NCBI RefSeq assembly: GCF_044232565.1
Contig: NZ_JBIILQ010000001.1
Span: 1 to 48,162, forward strand
Origin: Daejeonella sp.
Lineage (GTDB): Bacteria > Bacteroidota > Bacteroidia > Sphingobacteriales > Sphingobacteriaceae
Reading direction: 5' to 3'
Length of the DNA: 48,162 nucleotides
Below are positions 35,469-45,894 of this stretch, piece after piece (positions within the stretch are counted from its first letter, which is position 1; every line of letters begins with the position of its first letter). The position numbers and the translations under genes are program-made. Under the pieces are notes generated by a model. The model was given only the letters and a program-made list of their open reading frames with translations, was not told the origin of the DNA and did not search any database.

Positions 35469-36563
35469 ATGTCCCTATTTCATCAAATTGCCCTTTCATG
35501 CCTTCCAGGCATTGGATCTGTTCTCGCCCGTAATCTTTTAAGCTTTTTCGGAAATGAGGAAGAAGTTTTTAACGCTAAAAGAAAGCATCTTAGCAAAGTG
35601 CCAGGAATTGGTCCCAAAACAAGGGAACTTATTATTAATCATAAAGTATTTAAGTTTGCTGAAGTTGAGCTTGAATTCATTGAAAAGTACAAGATTAAGC
35701 CCTATTTTCTTACGGATTTAGATTACCCAAAGCGACTTAAAAATTGTGCTGATGCACCCATATTGCTTTATTTTAAGGGTAATGCAGATTTGAATAGCAA
35801 CAAAATTATTAGTGTTGTGGGAACCCGCAATGCGACTGATTATGGCAAGGATATTTGCAAAAATTTGATGGCAGATCTAAAAGTTCATAATCCATTGATA
35901 GTTAGTGGGTTGGCTTATGGAATTGATTTTGCTGCTCATAAAGAAGCACATAAATTGGGTATTCCATCAATTGGAGTACTTGGGCATGGCTTGGATCGTA
36001 TTTATCCTGCTCAACATCGAGCTATGGCTGAAAAGATGCTTGAATGTGGTGGTTTACTAACTGAATTTATGTCGGGCACAATCCCAGATCGTGAAAATTT
36101 TCCAAAGAGAAATCGCATTATTGCCGGTTTATGCGATGTTACCATTGTTGTGGAAGCAAGTATAAAAGGTGGTGCTTTGATTACCGCTGAATTAGCTAAT
36201 TCATATAATAGAGATGTGTTTGCTTTTCCAGGCAGGTTAAACGATGAATTTAGTCTCGGCTGCAATCATTTAATTAAAACCAATCGGGCCAATCTAATCA
36301 CAAAATCTGCTGATATCGAATACATCATGGGGTGGAGTAGTGAAGTAGGTAAGGTTCAAAAACCTCAATTGAGTCTTCCAATAAATTTAACCGATGATGA
36401 AAAAATAATTTCTAATGTGCTTACAAACCATGGAAGCTTAGCATTTGATGATTTATCTTATTTAACCAGTTTCCAGCAAAGTAAACTGGTTCATATTCTT
36501 TTAGGTATGGAAATTCAGGGCGTTTTAATTTCCTTACCTGGAAAGGTTTATAGGTTAGTATAA
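35469..36563 (+). CDS. dprA: DNA-processing protein DprA
   Basis: VVGTRNAT, VSGLAYGID, FPKRNRIIAGL, GGALITA, VFAFPG; C-terminal winged helix. Confidence 0.95.
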   Translation: MSLFHQIALSCLPGIGSVLARNLLSFFGNEEEVFNAKRKHLSKVPGIGPKTRELIINHKVFKFAEVELEFIEKYKIKPYFLTDLDYPKRLKNCADAPILLYFKGNADLNSNKIISVVGTRNATDYGKDICKNLMADLKVHNPLIVSGLAYGIDFAAHKEAHKLGIPSIGVLGHGLDRIYPAQHRAMAEKMLECGGLLTEFMSGTIPDRENFPKRNRIIAGLCDVTIVVEASIKGGALITAELANSYNRDVFAFPGRLNDEFSLGCNHLIKTNRANLITKSADIEYIMGWSSEVGKVQKPQLSLPINLTDDEKIISNVLTNHGSLAFDDLSYLTSFQQSKLVHILLGMEIQGVLISLPGKVYRLV

Positions 36564-36567
36564 GATA

Positions 36568-37074
36568 TTAAATCAAGGGAGATATATTTTTAGGGTAATC
36601 GAAAAGAATTAGCTCACCTGTGCCTCTACTCAACATTTGCCATTTTTCGAATTGGAATTTTAATAGAATTATTCCGCAAGTAGGGAGATTAAATGCGGCT
36701 TCTTCGCAAAGATAATTGGCTATACTGCTTAATCCTGGGTTATGTCCAAAAATAGCTGTAAAGTTGGATGATTCATCAAGATTGTTTACAATATTCAATA
36801 ATATTTGGGATGGTGCCTCATATATTTCTTCTTTTTGAATGATTTCTGATTGTTGAATTTTGAATTCTGAAGCAAAAAGCTTTGCGGTTGTTAATGCTCT
36901 TTTTGCGGGACTGCTAATTAGCTGTTTAGGGATTAATTCTTTTTTTATGATTCTGGTAGCCATTTCGACTGCATTATTATGCCCTCTTTCATTTAAAGGT
37001 CTTTGAAAATCTGCTAATAATAAATCATCCCTATTGGATTTTGCATGTCTGATTAACATTAAATGTTTAGCCAT
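36568..37074 (-). CDS. SixA-like histidine phosphatase
   Basis: LIRHAKS, RPLNERG, SSPAKRA, GHNP, LPTCG. Confidence 0.88.
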   Translation of the reverse strand: MAKHLMLIRHAKSNRDDLLLADFQRPLNERGHNNAVEMATRIIKKELIPKQLISSPAKRALTTAKLFASEFKIQQSEIIQKEEIYEAPSQILLNIVNNLDESSNFTAIFGHNPGLSSIANYLCEEAAFNLPTCGIILLKFQFEKWQMLSRGTGELILFDYPKNISPLI

Positions 37075-38044
37075 TCACTTTTTCAATTATCGCCGTTAAA
37101 TTTAGGTTATTCATGCATTTAAAGTGGCCTTTGGGACAAGCTTCATGACCGATTTTGGAGCAGGGTCTACAAGTTAAGTCCGAAACTTGAAATATATAGG
37201 ATTGATCTACTTGATAAGGATACATTCCAAATTCAGGAATTGTATTTCCCCAAACTGAAAAAATAGGCTTATTAAAGGCTGCAGCGATATGCATCAGACC
37301 AGTATCGTGGCTTATTACTTTTTCCGACATTTTTATGAGGAATGCACTTTGGTCAAGTTTGAGTTTTCCACAGGCATTAAATACATGTTTTCCTGCTGAT
37401 TTTGCAATAAATTCTCCTCGCTCAGCATCTTCTGGTCCACCTAGTAGAACTACCTGCTGATTTATTTTGCTACATAAGTCAATCAATCGCTCTACAGGGA
37501 GACGTTTTGTTCCATGTTGAGCACCAATTACTACCGATGTATATTTTAGATGTGAAGAGGGTAATAGCTTTTCTAATTGATAAGTGCCATTTAAATAGTA
37601 ATCCAGACCTTTGTCATCATTTTTTACCCCAAGAAATGAGACAGTTTGAAGGTACCTGTCGACTATATGAACTTTAGGAAGTATATTTTTTTTAAAATTT
37701 ACTAATATCCATTTTTGCCAATTTAGCTTATCGAATGAACTGGAATTTACACCTAAGCTAGTTTTGATAATTAATGTCCTTAAATTGTTATGAAGGTCGA
37801 TTATATGGTCAAAATTCTCCTTTTTAAGTTCAGAAATACAATCTGTAAGTGAATTTTCAAAAAAATGCAATTTGTCTATATGTGGGTTAGCCGATAATAC
37901 TGGCTCAAATGATTTTTTAGTTAAATAGTGAAGCTCTAGTCCCTCGATTTGCTCTTTCAAACATCTTAAAACAGGGCTTGTTAGCACGATATCACCGATT
38001 GAGCTAAATCGAATGATTAGAATTTTAAGTTTATTATTTTTCAA
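37067..38044 (-). CDS. Glycosyltransferase family 9 (heptosyltransferase-like)
   Basis: KILIIRFSSIGDIVL, IDLH, DTGLMHIAAA, C-terminal CRPCS..C..GHFKC. Likely start TTG 38044 overlapping the polX stop, rather than 38104. Confidence 0.88.
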   Translation of the reverse strand: MKNNKLKILIIRFSSIGDIVLTSPVLRCLKEQIEGLELHYLTKKSFEPVLSANPHIDKLHFFENSLTDCISELKKENFDHIIDLHNNLRTLIIKTSLGVNSSSFDKLNWQKWILVNFKKNILPKVHIVDRYLQTVSFLGVKNDDKGLDYYLNGTYQLEKLLPSSHLKYTSVVIGAQHGTKRLPVERLIDLCSKINQQVVLLGGPEDAERGEFIAKSAGKHVFNACGKLKLDQSAFLIKMSEKVISHDTGLMHIAAAFNKPIFSVWGNTIPEFGMYPYQVDQSYIFQVSDLTCRPCSKIGHEACPKGHFKCMNNLNLTAIIEKVNG

Positions 38045-39722
38045 GATGAAGCTTGTTTTTTTGTTGTTCAAAAATTTTGCTGATCTGCTCAAGAGACATA
38101 GCATTGAGGCAATTTGACATGCTTAATCCACCTTTTCTAGCGATTAATGTACCATATTTCATGTCTAAATTGCCTTCTACACGATGTGCATCTGGGTTTA
38201 TAGATAAAAGTACACCTTTTGATATCGCATATTGATGCCAACGCCAATCAAGGTCAAGCCTTAGCGGGTTAGCATTAATCTCAATGATAACATTATTTGC
38301 TGCGCAGGCATCTATTATCTTTTTATGATCGATTGGATAGCCACTTCTACTTAATAATAATCTTCCGGTTGGATGCCCTAAAATTGTTGTGTATGGGTTT
38401 TCAATAGCTTTTAATAATCTGTCTGTTGCTTTTTCTTCATTCATGTTTAAAATTGAATGCACTGAAGCAACAACAAAATCAAAACTAGATAGCACTTCAT
38501 CCGAATAATCAAGTGAGCCATCATATAGTATATCAGACTCAATACCTTTAAATATATAGAATGGAGCAAGTTTTTTATTCAATTCATCTATTTCTCGTTG
38601 CTGAGCCGCTACACGTATTTCATTTAAACCATTAGCATAAAAAGCAGATTTTGAATGATCGCAAATTCCAAAGTATTCGAGTTTTAGCTCATTTTTACAA
38701 TAAATTGCCATTTCTTCAAGAGTATGAATACCATCGCTCCAGGTGCTATGATTGTGTAAACTTCCCTTCAAGTCGCTGAATTGAATTAAATCAGGTAGTT
38801 TTTTAGTTTTTGCTAGGTCAATTTCATTTGTGCCTTCACGTAGTTCAGGAACAATAAATTCTAAGCCTGCTAATTTATAAATTTGCTCTTCTGATTGATT
38901 CTTTAAATTTTGTCCTTGAAGTAAAGCAAATAGATTTTCTACATGTATTTCATTGCCAGTTTTTTGGATTAACTCTTTGCCAAAATCCTCGATATTACAA
39001 AATGAATATTCCATTTTTAAACCCGATTCAGTTTTGCATTTTACCTCCTCATCACCAATGTTGGTTTTTTCAAATCCCAAGACATCTAATTTTTCTAAAA
39101 GCAAAACATTGTTTTGCCCAACAATTAGAAAGTCAAGCTGATCGATGATCTCGCATTTACGACGGTATTGACCTGTGATATGAATTTGTTCAGTATTTAA
39201 CTCTTTTTTTAAGGATTTTAAAAGCTCCTCAGCAAAATTTTCAATTTTTGCATATAGAAAACGTCCATTGCTAGCGATGTTAAATTCAATATTTTTTTTG
39301 ATCTCTTCCTGGGTTTTCAAACCAAAGCCTTTAGCTTCAATTAACCGGTTTTCATTGCAAGCATAATATAATTCACCTACGGTATCAATGCCTAGTTCTT
39401 TCCAAATAGTAAGGATTTTTTTAGGACCGATACCCTTGATTTGCATCATTTCAATAATTCCTTCAGGGGTTTTACTCAATAATTCGGTCAATTCTTCAAT
39501 AGCATTTGTATGAACGAATTCATGGACTTTTGCAGCAATGCTTTTACCTAGGCCCTCAATTTTCTCCATTTCTGATAAGCTTTTGGTGCAAATAGGATAG
39601 GGGAGTTTATCTATTTTAAATGCGGCATTAGCAACAGAACGTACCTTAAATGGGTTTTCATTGTGTAATTCTAACAAAGAGCTTAAGAATTTTAATGTTC
39701 TTGCAATGATTTTGTTTTCCAT
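38034..39722 (-). CDS. polX: DNA polymerase X family protein with C-terminal PHP domain (noncanonical PolX)
   Basis: ENPFKVR, HhH motifs GIGPKK/GFGLKT, GQYRR, PELRE; PHP motifs HNHS, CDHS, E, SVH, GHPTGR, NPDAH. Likely start ATG 39722. Confidence 0.9.
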   Translation of the reverse strand: MENKIIARTLKFLSSLLELHNENPFKVRSVANAAFKIDKLPYPICTKSLSEMEKIEGLGKSIAAKVHEFVHTNAIEELTELLSKTPEGIIEMMQIKGIGPKKILTIWKELGIDTVGELYYACNENRLIEAKGFGLKTQEEIKKNIEFNIASNGRFLYAKIENFAEELLKSLKKELNTEQIHITGQYRRKCEIIDQLDFLIVGQNNVLLLEKLDVLGFEKTNIGDEEVKCKTESGLKMEYSFCNIEDFGKELIQKTGNEIHVENLFALLQGQNLKNQSEEQIYKLAGLEFIVPELREGTNEIDLAKTKKLPDLIQFSDLKGSLHNHSTWSDGIHTLEEMAIYCKNELKLEYFGICDHSKSAFYANGLNEIRVAAQQREIDELNKKLAPFYIFKGIESDILYDGSLDYSDEVLSSFDFVVASVHSILNMNEEKATDRLLKAIENPYTTILGHPTGRLLLSRSGYPIDHKKIIDACAANNVIIEINANPLRLDLDWRWHQYAISKGVLLSINPDAHRVEGNLDMKYGTLIARKGGLSMSNCLNAMSLEQISKIFEQQKNKLHLEK

Positions 39723-39727
39723 ATCCA

Positions 39728-39735
39728 CAAAAATA
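39728..39735 (-). promoter_or_regulatory. -7 promoter element (TATTTTTG) 5 nt before the polX ATG
   Basis: Minus strand reads TATTTTTG-TGGAT-ATG. Confidence 0.5.
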
Positions 39736-39738
39736 AAT

Positions 39739-39764
39739 AACCCTTCCCTGAAAAGGGAAGGGTT
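39739..39764. terminator. Intrinsic terminator after sppA (possibly bidirectional)
   Basis: AACCCTTCCCT-GAAA-AGGGAAGGGTT with T-rich tails on both strands. Confidence 0.85.
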
Positions 39765-39795
39765 TCTTTTTTTTTAACAAAAATATTTTTTTGAA

Positions 39796-41565
39796 TTATC
39801 TAATTTGAATATTATAAGGTATACGCGCCTGAACTCCAGATAGGTTTAAAGCTGATTTCATTTGCTCATAATAAATGAAATTATCGCCTAATTCATGTTT
39901 TACAAAATAGGATTTAACTTTATCTCCTGATTTATCGAATAACGCAGAGATTGGATCTACTTGCGCTGGGTAATCAACAATTTTAAAATCTTTTATTTTC
40001 GCTTTTTTAGCCGCAGATGCAATGGCATCATCGATACTTCCTATTCTATCAACGAGCCCTATTTTAAGTGCTTCTGTACCACTCCAAACTCTTCCCTGAC
40101 CTATGCTATTAATGTAATCTTGAGACTTTTTTCTTCCATCAGCTACCTTTTTGGTGAAAGTATCGTAAGTTTTATTAACCTCTAATTGGATAATCATTTT
40201 CTCACCATCAGTTAATGGTCTGCTAATTGAGCCTAAATCGGCAAATTGACCTGTTTTAACCCCATCAAATGTAATTCCAAGTTTGTTATTAAAGAATTTT
40301 TGCATGTTAGGGATAATTCCAAATACCCCAATTGATCCTGTGATTGTATTTGGTTGTGCAAATATTGAGTCGGCAGCACAAGCAATATAATATCCACCTG
40401 AAGCTGCTAAATCACCCATAGATACAATTACCGGTTTAGATTTTTTTGCGAGAACTGTTTCACGCCAAATTACATCAGATGCTAAGGCGCTACCTCCTGG
40501 AGAATTTATGCGCAGAACAATTGCCTTAACTTTATCATCAGTACGGGCTTTCCTAATAGCCCTTGAAATTCTTTCAGAACCAATGGTTTCATCATCCCCT
40601 TCACCACTCATAATTTCGCCATTAGCATAAATGACAGCAATTCTATTTTTAGAAGATTCTTCTTTTATTTCTTCATTTGCTGTGTATTCTTCTAAGCTAA
40701 CTGATTTAATATCTTTCTTTTGATCCGTTTTTGTTAGTTTTTTCAGCTCGTCTAAAACCTCGTCTTTATATTTAAGTCCATCCACCATTTTAAATGATAA
40801 AGCATCTTCGGGAGCTCTAATCTTGGCGCTATCGGCCATTGAAAATAAGCTTTCTTTTGAAATTTTTCTGCTTTTGGAAATTTCTGAAAGGATGTGATTA
40901 TACATTGATCCTAAAAATGAGGTAACCTGTTGCTTATTAGGTTCACTCATTTTATCAAGAATAAAGGGCTCAACAGCACTCTTATAAGTACCAACCTTAA
41001 TAATTTGAGCTTCAATATCCAACTTTTCTAGTGCACCCTTGAAAAACATGATCTCAGAGCTTAAACCTCGAAAATCAATCATTCCCTCAGGATTAAGATA
41101 AATTTTATCAGCTACAGTGGCTAAATAATAAGCTCCTTGTGAATAAACTTCACTGTAAGCAATTATAAATTTTCCGCTTTTTTTAAAATCAAGTAAAGCA
41201 CTTCGAATTTCTTCAATAGTTGCCATTCCAGAAGTTAAAGAAGAAACATCAAGATAAATTCCTTTTATGCGATCATCAGATTTAGCATCTTCAATATTTG
41301 CCAAAATTTCATTAAGGCCTAAGGTTTTTTTGCTTTCAAGTCCGAGCAGACTTAAGTCAGCAAATGGATTTTTATCTGTTCTCTCTTTAATTGGATAATC
41401 AAGACTTACATGGAGTACACTGTTTGATGCGATACTCACTTTACTATCATTCCCTGCAGAGGAAACCATGGCAGTAATAATTGCAATTAAGAGCAAAAAA
41501 ACCACTAAAAACGATAAGATAAATCCTATCATAGAGGCAAAAACAAATTTGAAAAAATCTTTCAT
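39796..41565 (-). CDS. sppA: Signal peptide peptidase SppA (67K type)
   Basis: N-terminal TM, KVGTYKSAVEPF (Lys), RINSPGGS, SMGDLAASGGY (Ser), TGSIGV, GRVWSG. TATATTTG promoter element at 41599-41606. Confidence 0.95.
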   Translation of the reverse strand: MKDFFKFVFASMIGFILSFLVVFLLLIAIITAMVSSAGNDSKVSIASNSVLHVSLDYPIKERTDKNPFADLSLLGLESKKTLGLNEILANIEDAKSDDRIKGIYLDVSSLTSGMATIEEIRSALLDFKKSGKFIIAYSEVYSQGAYYLATVADKIYLNPEGMIDFRGLSSEIMFFKGALEKLDIEAQIIKVGTYKSAVEPFILDKMSEPNKQQVTSFLGSMYNHILSEISKSRKISKESLFSMADSAKIRAPEDALSFKMVDGLKYKDEVLDELKKLTKTDQKKDIKSVSLEEYTANEEIKEESSKNRIAVIYANGEIMSGEGDDETIGSERISRAIRKARTDDKVKAIVLRINSPGGSALASDVIWRETVLAKKSKPVIVSMGDLAASGGYYIACAADSIFAQPNTITGSIGVFGIIPNMQKFFNNKLGITFDGVKTGQFADLGSISRPLTDGEKMIIQLEVNKTYDTFTKKVADGRKKSQDYINSIGQGRVWSGTEALKIGLVDRIGSIDDAIASAAKKAKIKDFKIVDYPAQVDPISALFDKSGDKVKSYFVKHELGDNFIYYEQMKSALNLSGVQARIPYNIQIR

Positions 41566-41651
41566 ATGATTGTTAAATACATTATCTATGTAATATTACA
41601 AATATACAGATTTTGTTTTTGGCTATTTGTTACATAATTGTGTAAAATAAA

Positions 41652-42137
41652 ATGTTCAATACATATATACTTCTAGGGAGTAATCTCGGCGATAGCAAAA
41701 AATATATTTCAAATGCCATTGTTGAAATAGAAAGGGAGATTGGCGTGGTTCAAGCAAAATCTGCCTTATATCAAACTGAAGCATGGGGAAAACGTGATCA
41801 GCCTGAATTTATAAATCAAGTTATTGAGGTGAAAACTAAATTAAGTCCGGCACTTTTATTAAAGTATATCCTAGAAATAGAAAAAAAACTTGGTCGAGAA
41901 CGCCTCCAAAAATGGGGTGCAAGAACAATTGATATTGATATTTTATTTTTTGATAATCAGATAATTAATGAACTTGATTTAATTATTCCTCATCCATTTT
42001 TACATGTCAGAAGGTTTACGTTGATGCCTTTGAGTGAAATTGCCCCTAAATTAATACATCCTATTTTATTGAGAAGTGTTAGTCAATTACTAGAAGAGTT
42101 GGATGATGATCTTTCAGTTAATAAGATTGATTTTTAA
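41652..42137 (+). CDS. folK: 2-amino-4-hydroxy-6-hydroxymethyldihydropteridine diphosphokinase
   Basis: LLGSNLG, YQTEAWG, FINQ, KWGARTIDIDIL, IPHP, RRF. Confidence 0.96.
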   Translation: MFNTYILLGSNLGDSKKYISNAIVEIEREIGVVQAKSALYQTEAWGKRDQPEFINQVIEVKTKLSPALLLKYILEIEKKLGRERLQKWGARTIDIDILFFDNQIINELDLIIPHPFLHVRRFTLMPLSEIAPKLIHPILLRSVSQLLEELDDDLSVNKIDF

Positions 42138-42384
42138 TTCTCTTTCTAAAATATATCTGACTAATCATCCAATATTAATGTTGCTTTCACTCCATATCTA
42201 TCATGAATTCAACTAGTTATGGCGAATAGGGCTTAGATATTAAAAATCTCTTAAAAGTATCGTGGGCTTTAATAACGTTAATTTGCTTTAAAGGACTATA
42301 TATTGATTTTTTCCTAGAGCTATCATTTATAAATTAAGAATTAAAGAAACAAAATAATTTATACTTTAATCCTCCATTCTGATT

Positions 42385-43086
42385 TTAAAGAGTGGTTTTT
42401 TGCTTGAAATGTACAATTGAAATCAAAAGGTATAGCATCAGAATGATGGGGCTTGCGGCAAATTGGAATAATATAATCAGGACCAATGAGCTGCATATTA
42501 ATATATAACGGAGTATATTTTCTGAAAAATTAGTCGTTTTGAACTTTAATGAAATTAAAGGGATCTCCGAGATTAGTAAGAAGCTCATAAAAACACTAAA
42601 AACTAATAGGGAATATGGATTCATAAAGTAATTCATGAACACTATATTTTTTTCTTCCAGCAGAATTGGGAAAGCTGCTATCAATAAGGCATTTGCCGGC
42701 GTTGGAAGCCCGATGAAATTTTCAGATTGACGTGTATCAATATTGAATTTTGCTAACCTTAATCCTGAAAAAACAGCAATGATAAATGCGGAGTAACTTA
42801 TCCAGTTTAGGGAAGGAATGGATGTAGAAATTAAAAAAAGTTGAAATATGATTACTGATGGTAAAACACCAAAGCTTACCATGTCTGCAAGTGAATCTAA
42901 TTGCTTTCCAAGCTCTGAATATGCTTTTAACAATCTTGCGAGCATGCCATCAAGGAAATCGAGTGTTGCAGCAATTAGGATTGCATAGCTTGCTAAAACT
43001 AATTCACCATTGAATGCAAAAACAATCCCCAGGCAGCCGCTAAACAGGTTTAAGCAAGTAACTGCATTGGGGATATGTTGTTTCAT
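42385..43086 (-). CDS. pssA: CDP-diacylglycerol--serine O-phosphatidyltransferase
   Basis: IPNAVT, DFLDGMLAR...GKQLDSLADMVSFG, LRLAKFN, FIGLPTP. Confidence 0.88.
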   Translation of the reverse strand: MKQHIPNAVTCLNLFSGCLGIVFAFNGELVLASYAILIAATLDFLDGMLARLLKAYSELGKQLDSLADMVSFGVLPSVIIFQLFLISTSIPSLNWISYSAFIIAVFSGLRLAKFNIDTRQSENFIGLPTPANALLIAAFPILLEEKNIVFMNYFMNPYSLLVFSVFMSFLLISEIPLISLKFKTTNFSENILRYILICSSLVLIILFQFAASPIILMLYLLISIVHFKQKTTL

Positions 43087-43132
43087 CAGAATATTATTGA
43101 TGTTTCAAAAATTATTTATTTCTTGATAAATA

Positions 43133-44746
43133 TTAGGAATTCATCGATATCAGAAATTCTTCATTTGTTTTTGTTCCACGCATTTGGGATTGTAAGAATT
43201 CCATAGATTCTTGTGAATTCATATCTGCCAAATGGTTTCTCAGAATCCAAATACGCTGTAAGGTATCTTTATCTAATAATAGGTCGTCGCGACGAGTGCT
43301 TGAAGCGGTAAGATCAATAGCAGGGAATATACGCTTATTAGATAATTTTCTATCTAATTGTAATTCCATATTACCAGTACCTTTAAATTCTTCAAAGATA
43401 ACCTCGTCCATTTTGGATCCTGTTTCTGTTAAGGCTGTAGCTAAAATTGTTAATGAACCACCATCTTCAATATTTCTTGCAGCACCAAAGAATCGCTTGG
43501 GTTTGTGTAATGCATTGGCATCAACACCTCCAGATAAAATTTTGCCGGATGCCGGTGCAACAGTATTGTAAGCACGTGCTAAACGGGTAATTGAATCAAG
43601 TAAAATAACCACATCATGTCCGCATTCAACCATTCTTTTGGCTTTTTCAAGAACAATATTTGCAATTTTAACGTGACGTTCTGCAGGCTCATCAAAGGTG
43701 GATGAAACAACCTCTGCACGAACACTTCTAGCCATATCCGTAACCTCTTCAGGACGCTCATCAATCAATAGAATAATTAAGTATACTTCGGGGTGGTTTT
43801 TTGCAATTGCATTAGCCACATCTTTTAGAAGCATGGTTTTACCTGTTTTGGGTTGTGCCACTATTAATCCACGCTGACCTTTACCAATTGGGGTGAACAA
43901 ATCAATGATTCGTGTAGAATGATTTGCGGTATCAACAAAAAGGTTTAATTTTTCTGTTGGGAAAAGTGGTGTCAGATAGTCAAATGGAACTCTGTCGCGA
44001 ACTTCGGCAGGAATACGGCCATTAATTGCTTCAACACGCACAAGTGGAAAATATTTTTCACCTTCTTTTGGTGGGCGAATACTTCCTCTTACAGTGTCTC
44101 CAGTTTTTAAACCAAATAATTTTATTTGCGATTGAGATACATAAATATCATCAGGAGATGAAAGGTAATTATAATCTGAGGACCTTAAAAAGCCATAGCC
44201 ATCAGGCATGATTTCTAAAATACCCTCATTAACAATCACATTATCAAAATCCATATTTATAGCAGGGCTATCTTGGTTTCTAGGATTTTGTTTAGGATTG
44301 TTAGGATTAGGCCTACGCTCGAATTTCTTAGCATCAATTGGTTCCACTTTTTTTGTTTCAGCAAGCATTGGATTTGCCTCAGCAACTGGACTATCTGGCA
44401 TAGAAGATTCAATTAGAGGTTCTACAACTTCGGGTATTGAAGGTTCCTCATCAACCTCAGGGAAGTCAAATGTTCTAGTATTGTCTAAGTGAACCTCTTT
44501 ATGCTGATTATTGTCACCTGCCGATTTCGTAGTACGAAGTCGTTTACGTGGCTTTAGTGCCACATCTTTTGAATCAGAAACAGCACTTTCAGTACTAGCT
44601 TCCATAGGTGGCATGTCTGTTTGTTCAAGAATTTTGCTTATTAGATCCTGTTTACGTAGCGTATCAGTATCTACTACACCAAGGTTTTGAGCAATTTCAC
44701 GTAGCTCAGAAACGAGCTTATCGTTCAATTTATTACTGTCCAGCAT
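43133..44746 (-). CDS. rho: Transcription termination factor Rho with N-terminal insertion
   Basis: Rho_N helices, [65 protein letters not shown]. Confidence 0.97.
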   Translation of the reverse strand: MLDSNKLNDKLVSELREIAQNLGVVDTDTLRKQDLISKILEQTDMPPMEASTESAVSDSKDVALKPRKRLRTTKSAGDNNQHKEVHLDNTRTFDFPEVDEEPSIPEVVEPLIESSMPDSPVAEANPMLAETKKVEPIDAKKFERRPNPNNPKQNPRNQDSPAINMDFDNVIVNEGILEIMPDGYGFLRSSDYNYLSSPDDIYVSQSQIKLFGLKTGDTVRGSIRPPKEGEKYFPLVRVEAINGRIPAEVRDRVPFDYLTPLFPTEKLNLFVDTANHSTRIIDLFTPIGKGQRGLIVAQPKTGKTMLLKDVANAIAKNHPEVYLIILLIDERPEEVTDMARSVRAEVVSSTFDEPAERHVKIANIVLEKAKRMVECGHDVVILLDSITRLARAYNTVAPASGKILSGGVDANALHKPKRFFGAARNIEDGGSLTILATALTETGSKMDEVIFEEFKGTGNMELQLDRKLSNKRIFPAIDLTASSTRRDDLLLDKDTLQRIWILRNHLADMNSQESMEFLQSQMRGTKTNEEFLISMNS

Positions 44747-44980
44747 TAAATATGGTTTATGTTTTTTGGGATTTTTTTCAATAAATTTATCCTGGAGATT
44801 GACAACACAAGAATATTTGGACTATAAAGATACAAAAAATTAATGTGATTTCCTGAATTCAGGTATAAAATGAGATAACACCACAATTTTATGCAATAAA
44901 AATAAAAAATCAAAATTTTAATTCTTTTTTTATTTTAAGAATGCATCTTTTTTTAAATTCGTCCAAATTCCGCTATTAAA

Positions 44981-45814
44981 ATGAATAGAGAACAGCTTAT
45001 TGAGCAAATAAAAATCAAGAAATCTTTCCTATGTATAGGCCTTGATACAGATATTAATCTTATTCCTGATTTCTTACTCGATTTTGAGGATCCAGTTTTG
45101 GAGTTTAATAAGCGCATTATTGACGCTACTCATGATCTTTGTGTTGCATACAAGCCCAATAGTGCCTTTTATGAAAGTAGAGGTATTGCTGGTTGGAAGA
45201 GTTTAATTGGAACATCTAATCATATTCCCAAAACGTGTTTAGGTATTATTGATGCAAAACGAGGTGATATTGGAAATACCTCTAGTATGTATGCTCAAGC
45301 TTTTTTTGATTATGCTTCATCTGGGATGAGCTTCGATGCCATCACTATCGCCCCCTATATGGGAAGTGATTCAGTCAAGCCATTTCTTGCCTTTAAGGAT
45401 AAATGGGTTATTTTATTGGCTCTAACTTCAAATGAAGGAGGTAAAGATTTTCAATTCATAGAAACTGATCATGGTCGTTTATTTGAAAATGTAATTCAAA
45501 AAGCTAATTCATGGTCCACAAACGACAGAATGATGTATGTTGTAGGTGCAACTAGAGCAGAAGAGTTTTTAGCAATTCGTAAATATGCTCCTGATCATTT
45601 TTTGCTAGTTCCGGGAGTAGGGGCACAAGGTGGAAGCCTACATGAGGTTTGTAAATATGGCTTATCGGCAAGTTGCGGACTCCTAATCAACTCATCTAGA
45701 GCAATTATTTATGCTTCTTCGGGACAAGATTTTGCTGAACGTGCTAGAGAAGAAGCTATAATACTTCAATCTGAAATGGAGGTTCTATTAAAGGGTATTG
45801 ACTTAATTAATTAG
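44981..45814 (+). CDS. pyrF: Orotidine-5'-phosphate decarboxylase
   Basis: [48 protein letters not shown]. Confidence 0.95.
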   Translation: MNREQLIEQIKIKKSFLCIGLDTDINLIPDFLLDFEDPVLEFNKRIIDATHDLCVAYKPNSAFYESRGIAGWKSLIGTSNHIPKTCLGIIDAKRGDIGNTSSMYAQAFFDYASSGMSFDAITIAPYMGSDSVKPFLAFKDKWVILLALTSNEGGKDFQFIETDHGRLFENVIQKANSWSTNDRMMYVVGATRAEEFLAIRKYAPDHFLLVPGVGAQGGSLHEVCKYGLSASCGLLINSSRAIIYASSGQDFAERAREEAIILQSEMEVLLKGIDLIN

Positions 45815-45894
45815 GCATTTTACCTTTAACGGACTAACATCTACCGTTTAATCATATTTTTTTGAAGCTGCTTTCTTTAGTGCTAGTTTCAAAA

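Noticed and set aside
38045-38104. N-terminal extension of the GT9 ORF, and similar extensions on DUF3276, accD and DUF2851
   Set aside because: These are longest-ORF artefacts. Family-typical N-termini begin at downstream start codons.
42138-42384. 247-bp gap between convergent folK and pssA as an ncRNA or tRNA locus
   Set aside because: No cloverleaf, strong stem or recognisable RNA motif was seen.
549-44492. Many short ORFs in the track that overlap real genes (e.g. 993-1229, 3090-3395, 14337-14747, 18398-18700, 22990-23337, 30147-30521, 34279-34614, 43296-43571)
   Set aside because: They are antisense or off-frame shadows of well-supported genes and carry no recognisable motifs.
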